From NCBI RefSeq assembly GCF_009914755.1, contig NC_060944.1: a stretch of 64,000 nt of DNA. The stretch is one strand, 5' to 3'. The position numbers were made by a program, and so were the translations under genes. The notes beneath the pieces are model-generated. The model made no database searches. It worked only from the letters and a program-made list of their open reading frames with translations, and was not told the origin of the DNA. Positions 40,399 through 53,472 of this stretch are shown here, in pieces. The stretch comes from the human T2T-CHM13v2.0 reference genome, Homo sapiens. Positions within the stretch are counted from its first letter, which is position 1. The number at the start of each line of letters is the position of its first letter.

Positions 40399-40675
40399 AG
40401 CTTCTTCTAAATGTCTGCCTACAAACTCCTCTTAGTGTTTAAATCTGCTGTTCAATGAAAGAAAACAGTATGTGATGAACCATTCAGAAAGGAAGCTTCT
40501 TTTTACTTTTCAGGCTGGATAGCTCTGTGTCCCCATAAGCACACATGGAAGAAGGAAATTTCTTGTACTGGCTTCTTCTCAATGTCTCCATACAAATTCT
40601 TTTTCTGCTAGAAGCTTCCATTCAATGAAAGAACACAGTAAATGATGAACTGATCACAAAGCAAGCTTCTTTTTC
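40399..40675 (+). repeat. Diverged direct duplication, period 170 bp (~40399-40505 and ~40570-40675)
   Basis: gcttcttct.aatgtct...tacaaa.tc and ttcaatgaaagaa.acagta..tgatgaac...tca.aaag.aagcttcttttt each occur twice (ttcaatgaaa at 40451 and 40621). Confidence 0.85.
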
Positions 40676-42379
40676 CATAGATCGTTTTCTAATTAATTGA
40701 TGTCTCCTAAACTCTGTGCAGACAAATTTATTTGGCTTTGGAATTTATAATTCTAGCTTCAGTTTTGCCTGCTTTGTGAAAATGCCATAATCCCATTAGT
40801 TTTTCTTTAATTGCTCTTATTCTTTATAGTAGAGAAGTATGCAAAACAACTCTACACATTTAAGTGCACACAAGAATTATGTGGATTATCAGAATGCAAT
40901 TACATTTCAAGATTGTAGTGAGCTAATTTTCAATTTGGACCTTATTCTTTTTTCTCCTCTTCCTTTTTATTTTTGCCTAAACACCACTACTTGAAATGAT
41001 AACTCATTGAAACTTTTATAAATGAAGTAGCTCTCAATTTGTTCTTTAGCACTGCCACTTTCCGCCAAGGCTTTTTCACTTGTTAAATCATGACTTATTA
41101 AACTGATGTAATGTTACCCAGATTTTATTTTCTTTTATGCTACAATGCTCCTTGTAGTTCCAGTGAGGTTTCAAAAGCCCGAAGCACAGTATTCAGTATT
41201 GTGCACGTCAGACTTTTCGCCAAAGCCTTCAGTGGGCTGCTTTATAATAACTATGAATATAATGCTATCAACATTTTAGTGGGGTATTACTAAACGAGCT
41301 ATATTACTAATAAGAAAACTTTACCTCTGCAATTTTGGTTACAGTAAATGACCATTATTTATTTAGTTGTTCCCTTTTGCTAAATACAATTTCACTGCAG
41401 CCTCTTAATGGAGAGAGAATATCCAGCTTTAAACATTGGTTCTGTTTTGCTGTTTCATTTTAATTTAATCTAGTTTGAAATTGCATTAAATACATCACGG
41501 CAATGTACTAAGGCTTTACAATTTCTATTGAGGAAGTGTATAACCAAAAGTTTCCTGTCAGCTGGAGGTTAGTCAAGCCCCATGAGTTTAAGCACCAGCC
41601 AGCATTTGCCTGCTTGTCAAAGGAGAAAGAACTTCCTCTGCCCCAACATCCCTCTTGACTGCAAGTAAACTTATTGCCTGTCATAACTCTAGGAGTATTC
41701 TTGCCTCACAGCCCTGAGGTCTTAGACCCTGAGTGCAGCAAGCCAGTGGGTATCTGCCAAAGGCCTCAGGCTCCCTCTAGGCTGCCCCTCTGCTTGCCCC
41801 CTTTTTCTCCTCATAACTGCCACCTGGCAGCCAATTAAAAGTCAGAGGGACCAAGTGGTGGCCCATTTGGGGAACCTCAGGTCACTATGCTGTTTTATTT
41901 GGTTTTTGCAATGACACTTCTTTGTCTGATTTTAATTTGAACGAATATAATAAAAAATCAGGAGTCTACATGAAAACCCAAGGGCCTGGCATTTCTTGGG
42001 AAGTCAGATCTGGCCATACTGGATCCATACTCTACACTGGCAGCAACTAGATGGAACTCAGTCATGGCTGAAATCTCTGGCCCAAGCACAAACCCTCCAG
42101 TTTGCCACAGTATCCTTGACAAAGAAGACGAGTATCAGCTATCATCCGTTATTGTGTTTTTACTGTTACTTTCCTTACAGTAGAGGAAAGTTTCTGTTCC
42201 CACACACATCTGCATCAAAAATGAGAGAAAGATGGAGGGGAATAAAGAGAAGGAGAATATTTCTCTGACAAGACAAGGAATAATCCTATACTTTTCAAAA
42301 GTAAATAATAATCTGTTTCTTTCCTTTTCTTTTCTGCCTAGCCCCTCTATATCCTTAAATTTCAACCCCAGATACAATT

Positions 42380-43035
42380 TCTGTGGCAGATTATTTTTGC
42401 CAAAAATGGCCACCACATCCAATGCATTCCCATGTCCTCTTCCAGAGCCTTGCCCCTCCTACATGAAGAGGTGGAGTCTAGGTTCCCTCCCCTGGTCCTG
42501 GGCAGGCCTTTATGGCTATCTCCATGAATCGAATATGGTGGAAGAGGCACTGCTCAACTTCCAAGACTAGGTTGGAAAAGAATATGGACCTCTCTCTATT
42601 GGCTCTCTCTTTCTCAGAACACTTTCCCTTGGAACCCAGCCACCACGTTATGAGGAAGCCCAAGCTACATGGAGAGGCCACATGTAGGTGTTCTGGCCAA
42701 CAACCCCAGCTCAGATCCAGCCCTTAGCCAACATCAACTGCAAGGCAAATCATGACAATTTGTTGTCACATTTGAATACCCAGCATATTTTCCAGGGGAA
42801 AGAAAAAGGATTGAGATAGTTTAATTATCTTCAGATGATTTCAGCCCCCAGCCCCTGAGTCACCCCTAGCCTTTGAGTCTTCCTAGCTGAGGCCCCAGAC
42901 ATGGTGGAACAGAGACAAGTCATTCCCCACCTTGCCCTGTCTGAATTACTGTCCTGCATAAGCTGGGAGCCTAATGGTTGATTTTTACCACTGAGTTTTG
43001 AAACAATTTGTTACACAGCATTACATAACTAGAGC
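42380..43035 (+). mobile_element. MLT1 (G/H-like) solo LTR containing a 76-bp non-LTR insert
   Basis: tgtggcagattatttttgccaaaaatggcc ... cttggaacccagccaccac ... ttgttacacagcattacataactaga. Confidence 0.75.
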
Positions 43036-43638
43036 AACTCCCTCTGAGAATTGTTTCTAGGTGCTCTTTCCACCTGTTTTTGTGTTTTTTTTTTTTTTTC
43101 AATTAAAATCTGATTGATTGTATCTCGGGACAGAAAAAGACATACTGAATATTGCTATGTCTACTTTTTTTTTTTTTAACCACTGTCACCACTTTATCTG
43201 TTATCACTGAAATAAGCATTTCTCTAACATGCTTCAGGTCCCATGCCCTACAGAGGCTGATATTAGTCAACACCTGACAAACAGGGAGGTTCCCAACAGC
43301 AGTCAGCGGCGGTACACGGGGAAAGTTCCTTGCAACCATTTCACTCTCAACGAGGAAGAGGATTGCTTTAAGGCACTGATTTGGATAAGGAATAACTCCA
43401 TCACCACAGAAGGTAAGGATGTCGGTAACTGTGCATCTCTTCAGAATAGCGTTTTATTTTTATAATGAGTCTCATTCTTCATCTAGTTCCAGTATATAAT
43501 TAGTGCCTAATTAATTCCAACCAAATCATTCATCTGTCATGCTTTGTTTTCCAGATTAATTTACAACTTGTTGTCATTTTTGGATACCCAGCATGTTTGC
43601 TGGGGGAAAGAAAAAAGCTTGAGATAGTTTAATTATCT
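42755..43638 (+). repeat. 76-bp dispersed direct repeat (42755-42830 and 43563-43638) flanking the 43238-43412 exon
   Basis: Ungapped alignment with about 10 mismatches in 76 nt (manual count). Confidence 0.9.
43238..43412 (+). CDS. CFAP61: CFAP61 internal coding exon (175 nt, phase 0 to 1): VPCPTEADISQHLTNREVPNSSQRRYTGKVPCNHFTLNEEEDCFKALIWIRNNSITTE(G)
   Basis: Branch-like tctaac, cttcag acceptor and G|gtaagg donor. Lies inside ORF 43229..43465. Phases match both neighbours. Confidence 0.95.
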
Positions 43639-44880
43639 ATAATTATTTTATTATACAAAATGAATATCCGAAGAGCAAAGCATGGCTAAAATCATTAACT
43701 AGTTAAAGAATAATTTAATAAGCAAACATGTTTAGCAATTATATGGAAAATATGTCTTCTTTTTGAAGCTGAAAAGACCTAGGAAGAAAAAGGCCTGTAT
43801 TGGAAGGGCCTTTTCTTCTTTTCACAACCCATTGTTCTCTTTCTTGGTGTTGCCTGAACAGTTCTTCCCACAAATACACAGACTCGAGTTGCATGCCACT
43901 TTTTAAATCGAAATGAAAAAGGGAAACATTTGTGCAAATGCCTCTGCCACTCAAAAGTGTATTCTCAAGCATCTTTCTATTGCTTGAATTTCATTGAAAT
44001 CATTCAGCTAGTGAAACAACCAGAAGAGAGCCTGGCTACCTTTGTGTCTTTAATTGAAACCTAGGAGTCAAGGTTTGGAGATAACTTAGAGCAGCCCCTT
44101 TCTTTTGCCTAAAAGTGAGAAGATGGTTAGTGACCTGGTTGAGTTCCACAGCCACCTGTGGTTTAGAGTTCAGTCCAGGGATGTAAAACCACTAAGTGCC
44201 CAGAAAGTGAGCATCACTGTGTAAAATTAAACATGCTAATTTATTTAATACATGTATATAAATGTAATCTAATTATATTTGTTAATACATTAAAATTAAA
44301 TATAATTTATTCTGATTTTTGGTGGACCATTTAGGTATTAACTTTTGCCAAGTTATAACATTTACTGCATTAAGAAGTTACTAATTTACTACATTCAACA
44401 TTTTAAAATGAGTATCAAAGGGCATTCAGTGCGTTGCTGGATTCAATTTGCTGATACTATTTATAGGCTATTTGCCTCTAAATTCATAAATGAGATTGAC
44501 CTGTAGTTCTCTCTTTTATGCATTGCTTGTCAGGTTTTTGGAATCAAGGGTATGCTAGTCTCACAAAGCATTTTTGGAAGCTCCCCATATTCTTTGGGGA
44601 TCTGAAATACAAAGTAACTTAAGGGTTGCACAGAAATTACCCATAAAACCAACTGAGTCTGGAACCTTTGGGTAGAGGTGGGATATATAGATAGATTATA
44701 CCGGCAACCCAGATTTTTTAAATGTCATAAAGTATTTCATACTTTCATCCAAGCTTGGAATTATTTTCAGTTTTGCATCTATGTATGTTTAAACCTGTTT
44801 TAGCCTTTTAGTCATTCTGTAGTAATCACCCCATGATCTATGTAGACTCAGAGTATTTTCTTATCAGGGAAAATTCTCTA

Positions 44881-45176
<296 letters not shown>

Positions 45177-47912
45177 ATTTTTTTTCTTTTAGACTTTGCA
45201 GGCCATATGGTCTCTGTTGCAACTCTTCAACTCTGCTCATTTAGTGAGCAAGCAACTATAGACAATATGTAAATGAATGGGCAGGTTTGTGTTCTGATAA
45301 AATTTATTTATTAAACCAGACATGAGCTGTAGTTTGTAGTAACCAGCTTTTAGCCATAACATTTTTGACAAATCATTACCATTTCATGAAGTCCAGACCT
45401 CCAAATGTACCATAAGTTCCCCAAAAGCAGAAAAGCCAGTGGTTCAAGACAAAATGCACAGTTCATCTTTAAGACTGCACCCAATCCTGTCAGCCTGCAG
45501 TGCTGTGCTTTAACTTTGAACCTTTGTGTGTTTTGGTTGTTTGGGCTAGGGAGCATTTGACCAAGAAAAGAGCCTTCGAAAGTGGCACTGCAAGGTCTTA
45601 AGGTGGAATATTGATAGCAGAGAATTTAGAAACCCCAAAGCAAGAAGCGCTGTAGTCTCTTTCATGTGCCTTTGTATTGTCCTCTTGGTTCTCAGATGGA
45701 GGAAGAGCATCAGTGTTATTCTGCTGACTTGCCCAGTTGTCAGGGATGGTGATGCTGTGGTGCCCCCTTAAAGGGAAATGTTTTTTCAAGATTTAAGACT
45801 GACTCCCAGCAGCCAGTGCATAAAGCCATTTGGAGTGCCTGCTTTTGTCCACCAAATAGCCAGGATAAGAAGTATGTGGAAATTAGTTTCCTGTCTTACA
45901 TGTAGGTGATTTTCTCCAGGTCTGGTGCTTAATGACTCCCCCGGGCACCTCTCAGGTAGGTGCTCTTAACACTGAAATGCTAGGACCAAGCTCTGGGAGC
46001 CTTCAGGGAAACCTGACCTGGCCAAGTTCATTTAACTCTGTGTAGAGGCCCTTTTCAAGTAAATTCTCAAGTAAAAAAAGTTAAGAAAAAATGTTAACAT
46101 CTTGCCTTAAAAAAACTTTCTCCTCTTTGTATCTTTTCTGTAATCCAGGTCATACTCAGACATAACTTTAGTCCCATTCAGACCTTATTCTTGCCATTAT
46201 TATTCCTGCAGCATCACTGGATCACAGTCCAAATCTCAGAGCAGAGGAGGCCTAGGACAGAAAGCCCGTCCCCACCTGAGCCAAGAACCAACAACCACAG
46301 ACAGAATTATACCCACAGAGGCTCCCAGGAAATGCAGCAAAGAGTAGGATCCAGTGTGAGAGGAGGCCTCGAGGTAGAGCCTCCTAAATGCACCATTGGC
46401 TTCTCTGGCAGGCTGAAATACATTTAGCTGGGAGGGCATTCCATATAGAAATACAAATTCATGCCAAATCACTTCAGTCACCTTGTGACCTCTATTTCTT
46501 AACTGAGACTTTGGGTATATGATACTTGAGTTTCATTGCTGGGCTTTCAAATCCCTTTTCATACTGCAGAAAGCCTAGTGATCTTTCCAGAACTGCATTT
46601 TGAAAAGAATATAGCTGTTGCAGCATTGCTTCTGAGACATCTACAGTACCATACTTGGCTGAAGCTCCAAGCCATTTCTTTGATAATTTCAGCTCTACTC
46701 TATCTCAGTGTCACTTGTATCCAGCATAGTGCCTGGCACATAGTAAATGCAAAATAAATGTTTTACTGAATGTAAGTGAAGACAGTTCAGGATGTAACTC
46801 TTTTCCTTACCTCCCACATGGTGAGTTTTATCAAAACTTTTTGCATTCGGCCTACCTGGAAATAGATGGTCAATTGAGATGAAGACAAGAGAACCCTTGA
46901 ATGAAATTGAAGCTATTCTTTAAAAATTCATCCTTAGTAATGAGAATAATAACATGCTGGCTACACAGGATGAGTTAAGCTCCTCCTCACGAATAACAGA
47001 CATTTATAAAGTCAGTCTAGCTCAGGTTCTGGAGTCACGTGACTTGGGTTCAAATCTTGGGTCTGCCGTTTCCCTGGGCAAGTTACTTAACTGCTTTGTG
47101 TCTCAGATTCTAGATAATATCTACCTCACATGGGTTGCTGAGAGGGTGAAAAGAGATAAATGAGATTACATGCCATACTCAGGACAGTCTCTCATACATA
47201 GAAAGAGTTTCATAGAGGCTGCCATTAGCATTGCTCTTACTTCTATGTGTGATGGAATTAAAGGTACCCTAGAGTAGAAGTCTCAGCCCTTGCCACCAGG
47301 GCCCTGATGAAGTTGAGGATATCAGTCTCTATTTAAAGACAGGGATCCGTGTACACCAGGTGCCAGTCAGCTATAGAGGCACTGTGGCCTTCAGGAGAGC
47401 CCTGGAGGCTGTGAAGTTTGGAGAAGGCCTCCCCGAGAAAGGAGGATTTGAGCTCAGTCTTGAAGAGGGACAGGATAAGAAGAGAGAGAGGCTGGGGGAG
47501 TTTGGATTGTGTCCAAAAGACACTGGGCCAACAACGTGGGCTGGGCAGAGTCTGTGAAGGGCAGCAGCAGGAGATGAAGCCAGAGGCATGGGCAGGGACA
47601 GACACTGGCGGGCTGCAAGCACCCAGCCACGTCCAAGTTTAACTGGTTACCTTTTAGGGATGGGAGCTGACCAGGCGGGTGCCGCTGTACACACATAGCA
47701 CTTTGGGAAAATGGCCTTTCCATCTGTAGTACCCATGCCAGCAGAGAGAAGGTGACCACGGGAGAATGGCTTACCATGGATGGCAGTAGCCAATAGGGGC
47801 GAGGCAGCTGTGGATGCAGGAGCTAGCTGGAAGTGGCCACCCTTGCTGCATGTGGTGGTCTTGCTGACACAGCCACTGCTAGCTTATTTCCAAGTCAGCG
47901 ATGAGATGGTGG

Positions 47913-48229
47913 TGTTGCAGGGCTTTTCCGTAGTTCAGCTAAAGATGGGGTCCTTGTCCGTCCCGTGGCCACGAAAATGTAGCCTCGCAGACGGTTTGAA
48001 GGGTGAGTTAAACAGGGTTTTACTGGGTGAAAGGAAAAAAATGGGGTGGAGGAGGGGGAAGCAGGATCCTCCGCAAGGCAAGCCGGCTACTTGATTCCCA
48101 GGTTCCACACAGGAAGAGGAGGGGCCAGGCTCCTCCCCACTGCAGATGGCATGCATTTCCGGAGGCTCCACCCCAATGTGCAGGCTGGTTGGATTTTTTC
48201 TAGGGACTCCCTCCCACCTGCCTGTCTCA
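47913..48229 (-). mobile_element. ERV1 solo LTR (MER61-like)
   Basis: Minus strand reads TGAGACAG...gggaggagcctggcccctcctcttcctgtgtggaacctggga...ctttagctgaact...GCAACA. Flanks gtgg/ttgg give a near 4-bp TSD. Confidence 0.7.
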
Positions 48230-49398
48230 TTGGCATTTGAAGCCAGAAGCTAGAAGTCTGGCACATGATGGAAAGCAAGGAGCAGGGCTGTGCTTATGCA
48301 CGTTTGAAAAGTCGCATGGAGCCATCCGTGACCGTCCTGGACATTTCAGTCCTTGCTTTTTCTTCATGTCACCCTAATAACACCAGGAGGAATGTGGACA
48401 GTTTTCATCATAGTTTATTTTTACTCCCTCAGTGCTAATTTCCCCTTTTTTAAATACTTTAGCATGTGAGTTGGGGCAAGGGAGCCAAGGACAGTGAAAA
48501 ATAGTTTCATCGTGTCCCACTGGCTGTGGTTGGGTGACATGTCCCTCCGGGAACCACACCCTGAATCCTAACAAACACCAGTGCTGATGTTACTGAAGCC
48601 CAGGGATGTGAGGGGAGAATGGTGGATGGATTGTTCTAGAACAGTGGATATTGGGCATCAAGAACAAGAGATACTCCCAGGAGGAAGTCGGCTCTCCTTT
48701 GAACTTCTACCCATTGCAGACGCACACAGATACCACCCCAGAGAGTAGCTCCTTCCCACAGTCACTGTTGTATTTCACATCTTCTGCTTCCAAAGGAGAA
48801 CACAGTGGTTCTGTGATGGAATTAGTCCATCCAGAGGACATGGTTTTCCGGGCTCTAGAGTTGGATGGATTTATAGAAGTAAATTACCCTAAACTATTAG
48901 AACTGCTCTAGTGCCATGGAGAAGAGCTGACATCACAGGCTCAAATGCTGCTTTCAACTGCAAACAAAACCTGGAGTGTTCTGCTGGGGGGTTTCTGATA
49001 GAACCCAGCAACCCGATACATTATAACAATTTATGGCACTAATTGAAACTAATTGAAATTCATCTGCTATTACCTCTGTACTTTCCATGAAAATGAAAAG
49101 TAGGATGAAAGTAAAGTAAAAAAAATAAACTACCTTAATGGCTCAAAATGGATCAATTATTTTCATCTTTAGCTAAATACAGTTTACTGCCTTATTAAAA
49201 GCATGTTTGTAGGAAAAGTATAACATTAAAATTCCACTGCATGCATCATCGAACAGAGGCTTTGTTATGTTATATCTAATATATTCTTCCCTTTTTATTC
49301 AGCAGAGCAGAACGGGACAGGTCACGTTTTGGGCATAGAAATCTTATGCTTTGGCTTCTAAAAAGTAAAAAGCGCATTGTCTGGTTCTATTCGTGGGC

Positions 49399-49456
<58 letters not shown>

Positions 49457-49683
49457 TATATGTATATACACACACATATATATACATATATGTATATATA
49501 TACACATATATACATATATGTATATATATACACGTATATGTGCATATATACATATATATTTCATTAAAATACAAAAGAATAGGTAAATATGCATAGACAT
49601 AATTTAAAATATATAAACTATAAAATGTAACATACACATATATGTATATGTGTACATATATATATATATACACACACATATAT
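49399..49683. repeat. (TA)n(CA)n compound microsatellite at an Alu tail, interrupted by a 75-bp unique insert
   Basis: Seen directly in the sequence. Confidence 0.92.
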
Positions 49684-50417
49684 AGACAGAATCTTGCTCT
49701 GCCATCCAGGCTGGAGTGCAGTGGTGCAATCTAGGCTCACTGCAACCTCTGCCTCTCAGGCTCAAGTGATTCTCCTGCCTCAGCCTCCTGAGAAGCTCAG
49801 ATTACAGGCATGCACCACCATACCCGGCTAATTTTTGTATTTTTAGTAGAGATGGGGTTTCACCATGTTGGCCAGGCTGGACTCAAACTCCTAACCTCAA
49901 GTGATCCTCCCGCCTTGGCCTCCCGAAGTGCTGGGATTACAGGCATGAGCCACCACTCCTGGCCTGTTTTTTAATGAGTGTTTATTTCACAATTTATTAA
50001 TAATCTGTGATTGCTACTTAAAAATATTTCATTATCTAGTTATTTGCTGAAGATATTTACCCATATAAAATGCCAGTTGGAGTATATTTTAGTAACGTGT
50101 TACATATCCATCTGCAAGTGTACTGCAGTGCTATGAGACCTGATTTTGAAATAGACTCACAGGGTTTGAGTCCTGGTGACCCACCTGCTTGCCATGTGAC
50201 CTTGAGCTCAAGATTTAACCTCTCTGTACCTTATTTTCTGGATAAAATGATAAACCCTGTCTCACAGGCCTGTTGTGAGGATGAATGAGTCATATGTAAC
50301 CACTGTATGTCTGTTTTGAAGCAGAAAAAGGAAACATAATTATTCATTAAAATACAAAAGAATAGGTAAATATGCATAGACATAATTTAAAATATATAAA
50401 CTATAAAATGTAACATA
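49560..50417 (+). repeat. Perfect 75-bp direct repeat (49560-49634 = 50343-50417)
   Basis: ttcattaaaatacaaaagaataggtaaatatgcatagacataatttaaaatatataaactataaaatgtaacata occurs twice, identically. Confidence 0.95.
49684..49964 (-). mobile_element. AluS
   Basis: Full antisense dimer. Confidence 0.9.
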
Positions 50418-50968
50418 TAATTCTTGTTTCTCTGGCCTTAAAAATATAATAACTATGAAGAAAACTTCATGTTAATATTGTGTGCATAAATCCTGAATTT
50501 ATTTCTTATACTCTTGAGATCTAACTTCATGGCCAGACCACCAGACCAGCAAATCTTTCCCTCCAAGTCCCGATTCTCTCCATGGAGAAGCTTCATCTTT
50601 ATAGCATTGAGCGTGACCATGAAATGGCAGCAGAGCACAATTTCCAGATGTTTTAAAGTCAAGCACTCAGTTCAAAAGAATAAAATGACTTTTTAGCATC
50701 TACTAAAAATAATTTCTTTAAAAGTTGTCCCATTACTTTTAGGGTACATCTATGACTAAAAGAATTAGCACTTTATTTTACTTCTTGAACTTAATAGGGA
50801 AATCAACTTAGTTTTCCTTTCCTGCGAAGTCATTTTACCTTTAATTACTTGTTTTCTAACTCCTGAAACTCTTACATACTGCCTTTAGGAACCAGGATGA
50901 TGAAACTGGCATTTTTCCCCCTTGATTAACATAAATTGAAGAACTTCTTGCATCTTGGTGCATTATTC

Positions 50969-51256
50969 TTTTTTTTTTTTTTAAGACAGAGCCTGTCTCT
51001 GTCACCCCCCAGTGGCACAATTGTGGCTCATGCAACCTCTGTGCCCTGGGTTCAAATGATCCTCCTACCTCAGCCTCCCGAGTAGCTGGGACTACAGGCA
51101 TGATCCACTATGCCCAACTAATTTTTGTGTGTTTTTAGTAGTGATGGGGTTTCACCATTTTGGTCAGGCTGGTTTCAAACTCCTGACCTCAAGTGATCTG
51201 CCAGCCTCAACCTTTCGAATTGCTGGGATTAGAGGCGTGAGCCACCGCACCCAGCC
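50969..51256 (-). mobile_element. Alu (antisense)
   Basis: Poly-T followed by an antisense dimer with a small internal deletion. Confidence 0.88.
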
Positions 51257-51328
51257 CCAGGTTGAAACTTTAAAATGTGATCGCTTTATGTGCATGGTCA
51301 CTGTCAAAGTTGCTGATTTGTTCATTTA

Positions 51329-51604
51329 CACCTTGAGAGGCCAAGGTGAGAGGATCACTTGAAGCCAGGATTTTGGAACCAGCCTGGTCAACATAGCAAG
51401 ACCCCATCTCTACAAAAGTTTTTTTTAAAAACTAGCCAGGCATAGTGGCACGTGGCTGTAGTCCCAACTACTCAAGAGGCTGAGGCAGGAGGATTGCTGG
51501 AGCCCAGGAGTTTGAGACTGCAGTGAGCTATGGTTGTGCACTACACTCCAGCCTGAGTGACAGCAAGACCCCATCTTAAAACAAAACAAAAACAAAAACA
51601 AAAA
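51329..51604 (+). mobile_element. AluJ (sense, slightly 5'-truncated)
   Basis: gaggccaaggtgagaggatcacttgaagccagg ... (CAAAA)n tail. Confidence 0.85.
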
Positions 51605-52443
51605 GGTCATCTCTACATTTCTACCAACATTTTAATTGGCAAGTGCTAGTTCCCTTCAGTCTGAAGTGGGGAATTGACAGCTCACTCAGATATTGACTGC
51701 ATCATCACTTTCCGTCTCTCTCTCCCCTGTTGGGCTGTTGACGCTGACACCCTCCTTCCTCTAGGAAGCACCCTTGCACATTCTGTTTCAAAGGCTGCCA
51801 CTGGTTAGCAGTGCGAGAATGACTTCGGGCTCCTTCTTGCTTGCCAGCTTTAATTTTCGGAGCTTCCACACAGTCGCCTTTTTACGGGTGCTCTGCCTGG
51901 ACCCTACTGCCCGTCTCAGATCTGCAATCAGAGTAATGCACGATTTATTCGCTAAAAGGAGCAACAAAGATTGGTCTTCCATGAAAACTGCCATGGTTAT
52001 ATTCCCTTATCCTTTATGGGGAATCCACCCAGAGTGTTCTTATCATTTGTTATTTGCCATTTGAAAGTGGGGCAGCCCATCCTTTACCTCTGTCACCTGT
52101 TAAATCGAGAGCAAAAGCTGGTCATTTCTCATCTGTTAGGTAAGCTGATCTGGGAAGGAAACAGTGACTAAATCTTTTAGCATAAAACTGATATCCAGGG
52201 GAAATCATCAGTTTTTCCACTCTACTTCTTTTATATGTGTCTAGAAACTTCAAAAACAGTGTATGTGATATTCCGGTAATGTGAAGGAAGGTTCCATGAG
52301 TTATAAAGTACACAATGGTAGGTATACATGAATTAAATTCATCTTTAATATGGACATACTATATATCCAGAAAATTAAAATTTAAATAAATAAATTCATA
52401 TTTAATTAACTGAAGTTTTCCGGCTTATTAAAAGCATGCTGTA

Positions 52444-52748
52444 GGCCAGTGTGGTGGCTCATGCCTATAATCTTAGCACTTTGGGAGGCCAAGATAGGCA
52501 GATCACTTGAGGCCCAGAGTTCACTACCAGCCTGGCCAACATGGTGAAACCCCATCTCTATTAAAAATATAAAAATTAGCCGTGTGTGGTGGTGGGTGCC
52601 TGTAGTTCCAGCTACTCAGGAGGCTGAAGCATGCCAGGAGGCAGAAGTTGCAGTGAGCCGAGATGGTGCCACTGCACTCCAGCCTGGGCTACAGAGTGAG
52701 ACTCTGTCTTGAAATAAATAAATTAATTAATTAAAAAATAAAATAAAA
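52444..52748 (+). mobile_element. AluS with internal deletion
   Basis: Dimer with TSD taaaagcatgct on both sides. Confidence 0.88.
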
Positions 52749-53285
52749 GCATGCTATCAAAGAACATATGTCATAGGCCCCCCATAACTGGGGCTATCTT
52801 ACCTGTCTATACAGCTATCACGCTGTTCTGTGCCAGTGGAGGCCCAGACACCCCCTGCACATACTGGGACACATAACTGTCAGCCCCAACACCTCCCTCA
52901 GGCACAGCCAACAGAGTGTCCCCCGGCTCCGGTCATTATTCACTTGCCCTCGGTTTGTCCCACCCAGCAGCTGCTTTCTCTCACATACTTTTAAACACTT
53001 TCTTCCTTCCAGCTCTTACCCAGGGATTCAGGAAGATCTGTTTCTCTGAGGCACCTACTGTTTGACTGTGTCTCTGCCCCACTTTCTTTCTCTCTCCATT
53101 TCCTTCCTTCCCCATATCTCCTTCTTGATTCAGCCCAAAATTGACTTAACCGTTGCAAAATGAGTTACCCAACTGCTACTTCCATATAAAATATAAGAAA
53201 GCCTGGTCATCCAACGTCACGTTTACATCTAAAAGAAAACCAGGGGTGGAAATCTCTCAAACTTCTACAAATTCCCAGAAGTTAT

Positions 53286-53472
53286 ATCAGCCTCCTGAGT
53301 AACTAGGACTAGAGGTGCGTGCCATGCTTAATTTTTTTTTTTTTTTTTTTTTGTAGAGACAGGGCTATGATGTGTTTCCCAGGCTGGCCTCGAACTCCTG
53401 GCCTCAAGCAGTCCTCCTGTCTTGGCCTCCCAAAGTGCTTGGATTACAGGCATGAGCCACTACATTCAGCCC
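53286..53472 (-). mobile_element. Partial AluJ
   Basis: cagcctcctgagtaact ... gaactcctggcctcaagcagtcctcc ... gagccac. Confidence 0.8.

Noticed and set aside
40470-40655. RTGATGA box-C-like motifs in both duplicated units (possible snoRNA pair)
   Set aside because: No properly spaced box D with a terminal stem; the CTGA in copy 2 is only 2 nt from the box C motif.
49346-49679. YIYIHTH-rich ORFs on both strands
   Set aside because: Translations of the (TA)/(CA) repeat.
49155-52446. Similarity between ~49155-49213 and ~52390-52446 (cttattaaaagcatg..tgtagg)
   Set aside because: Short, AT-rich and partly formed by an Alu start/TSD; cannot be told from chance by eye.
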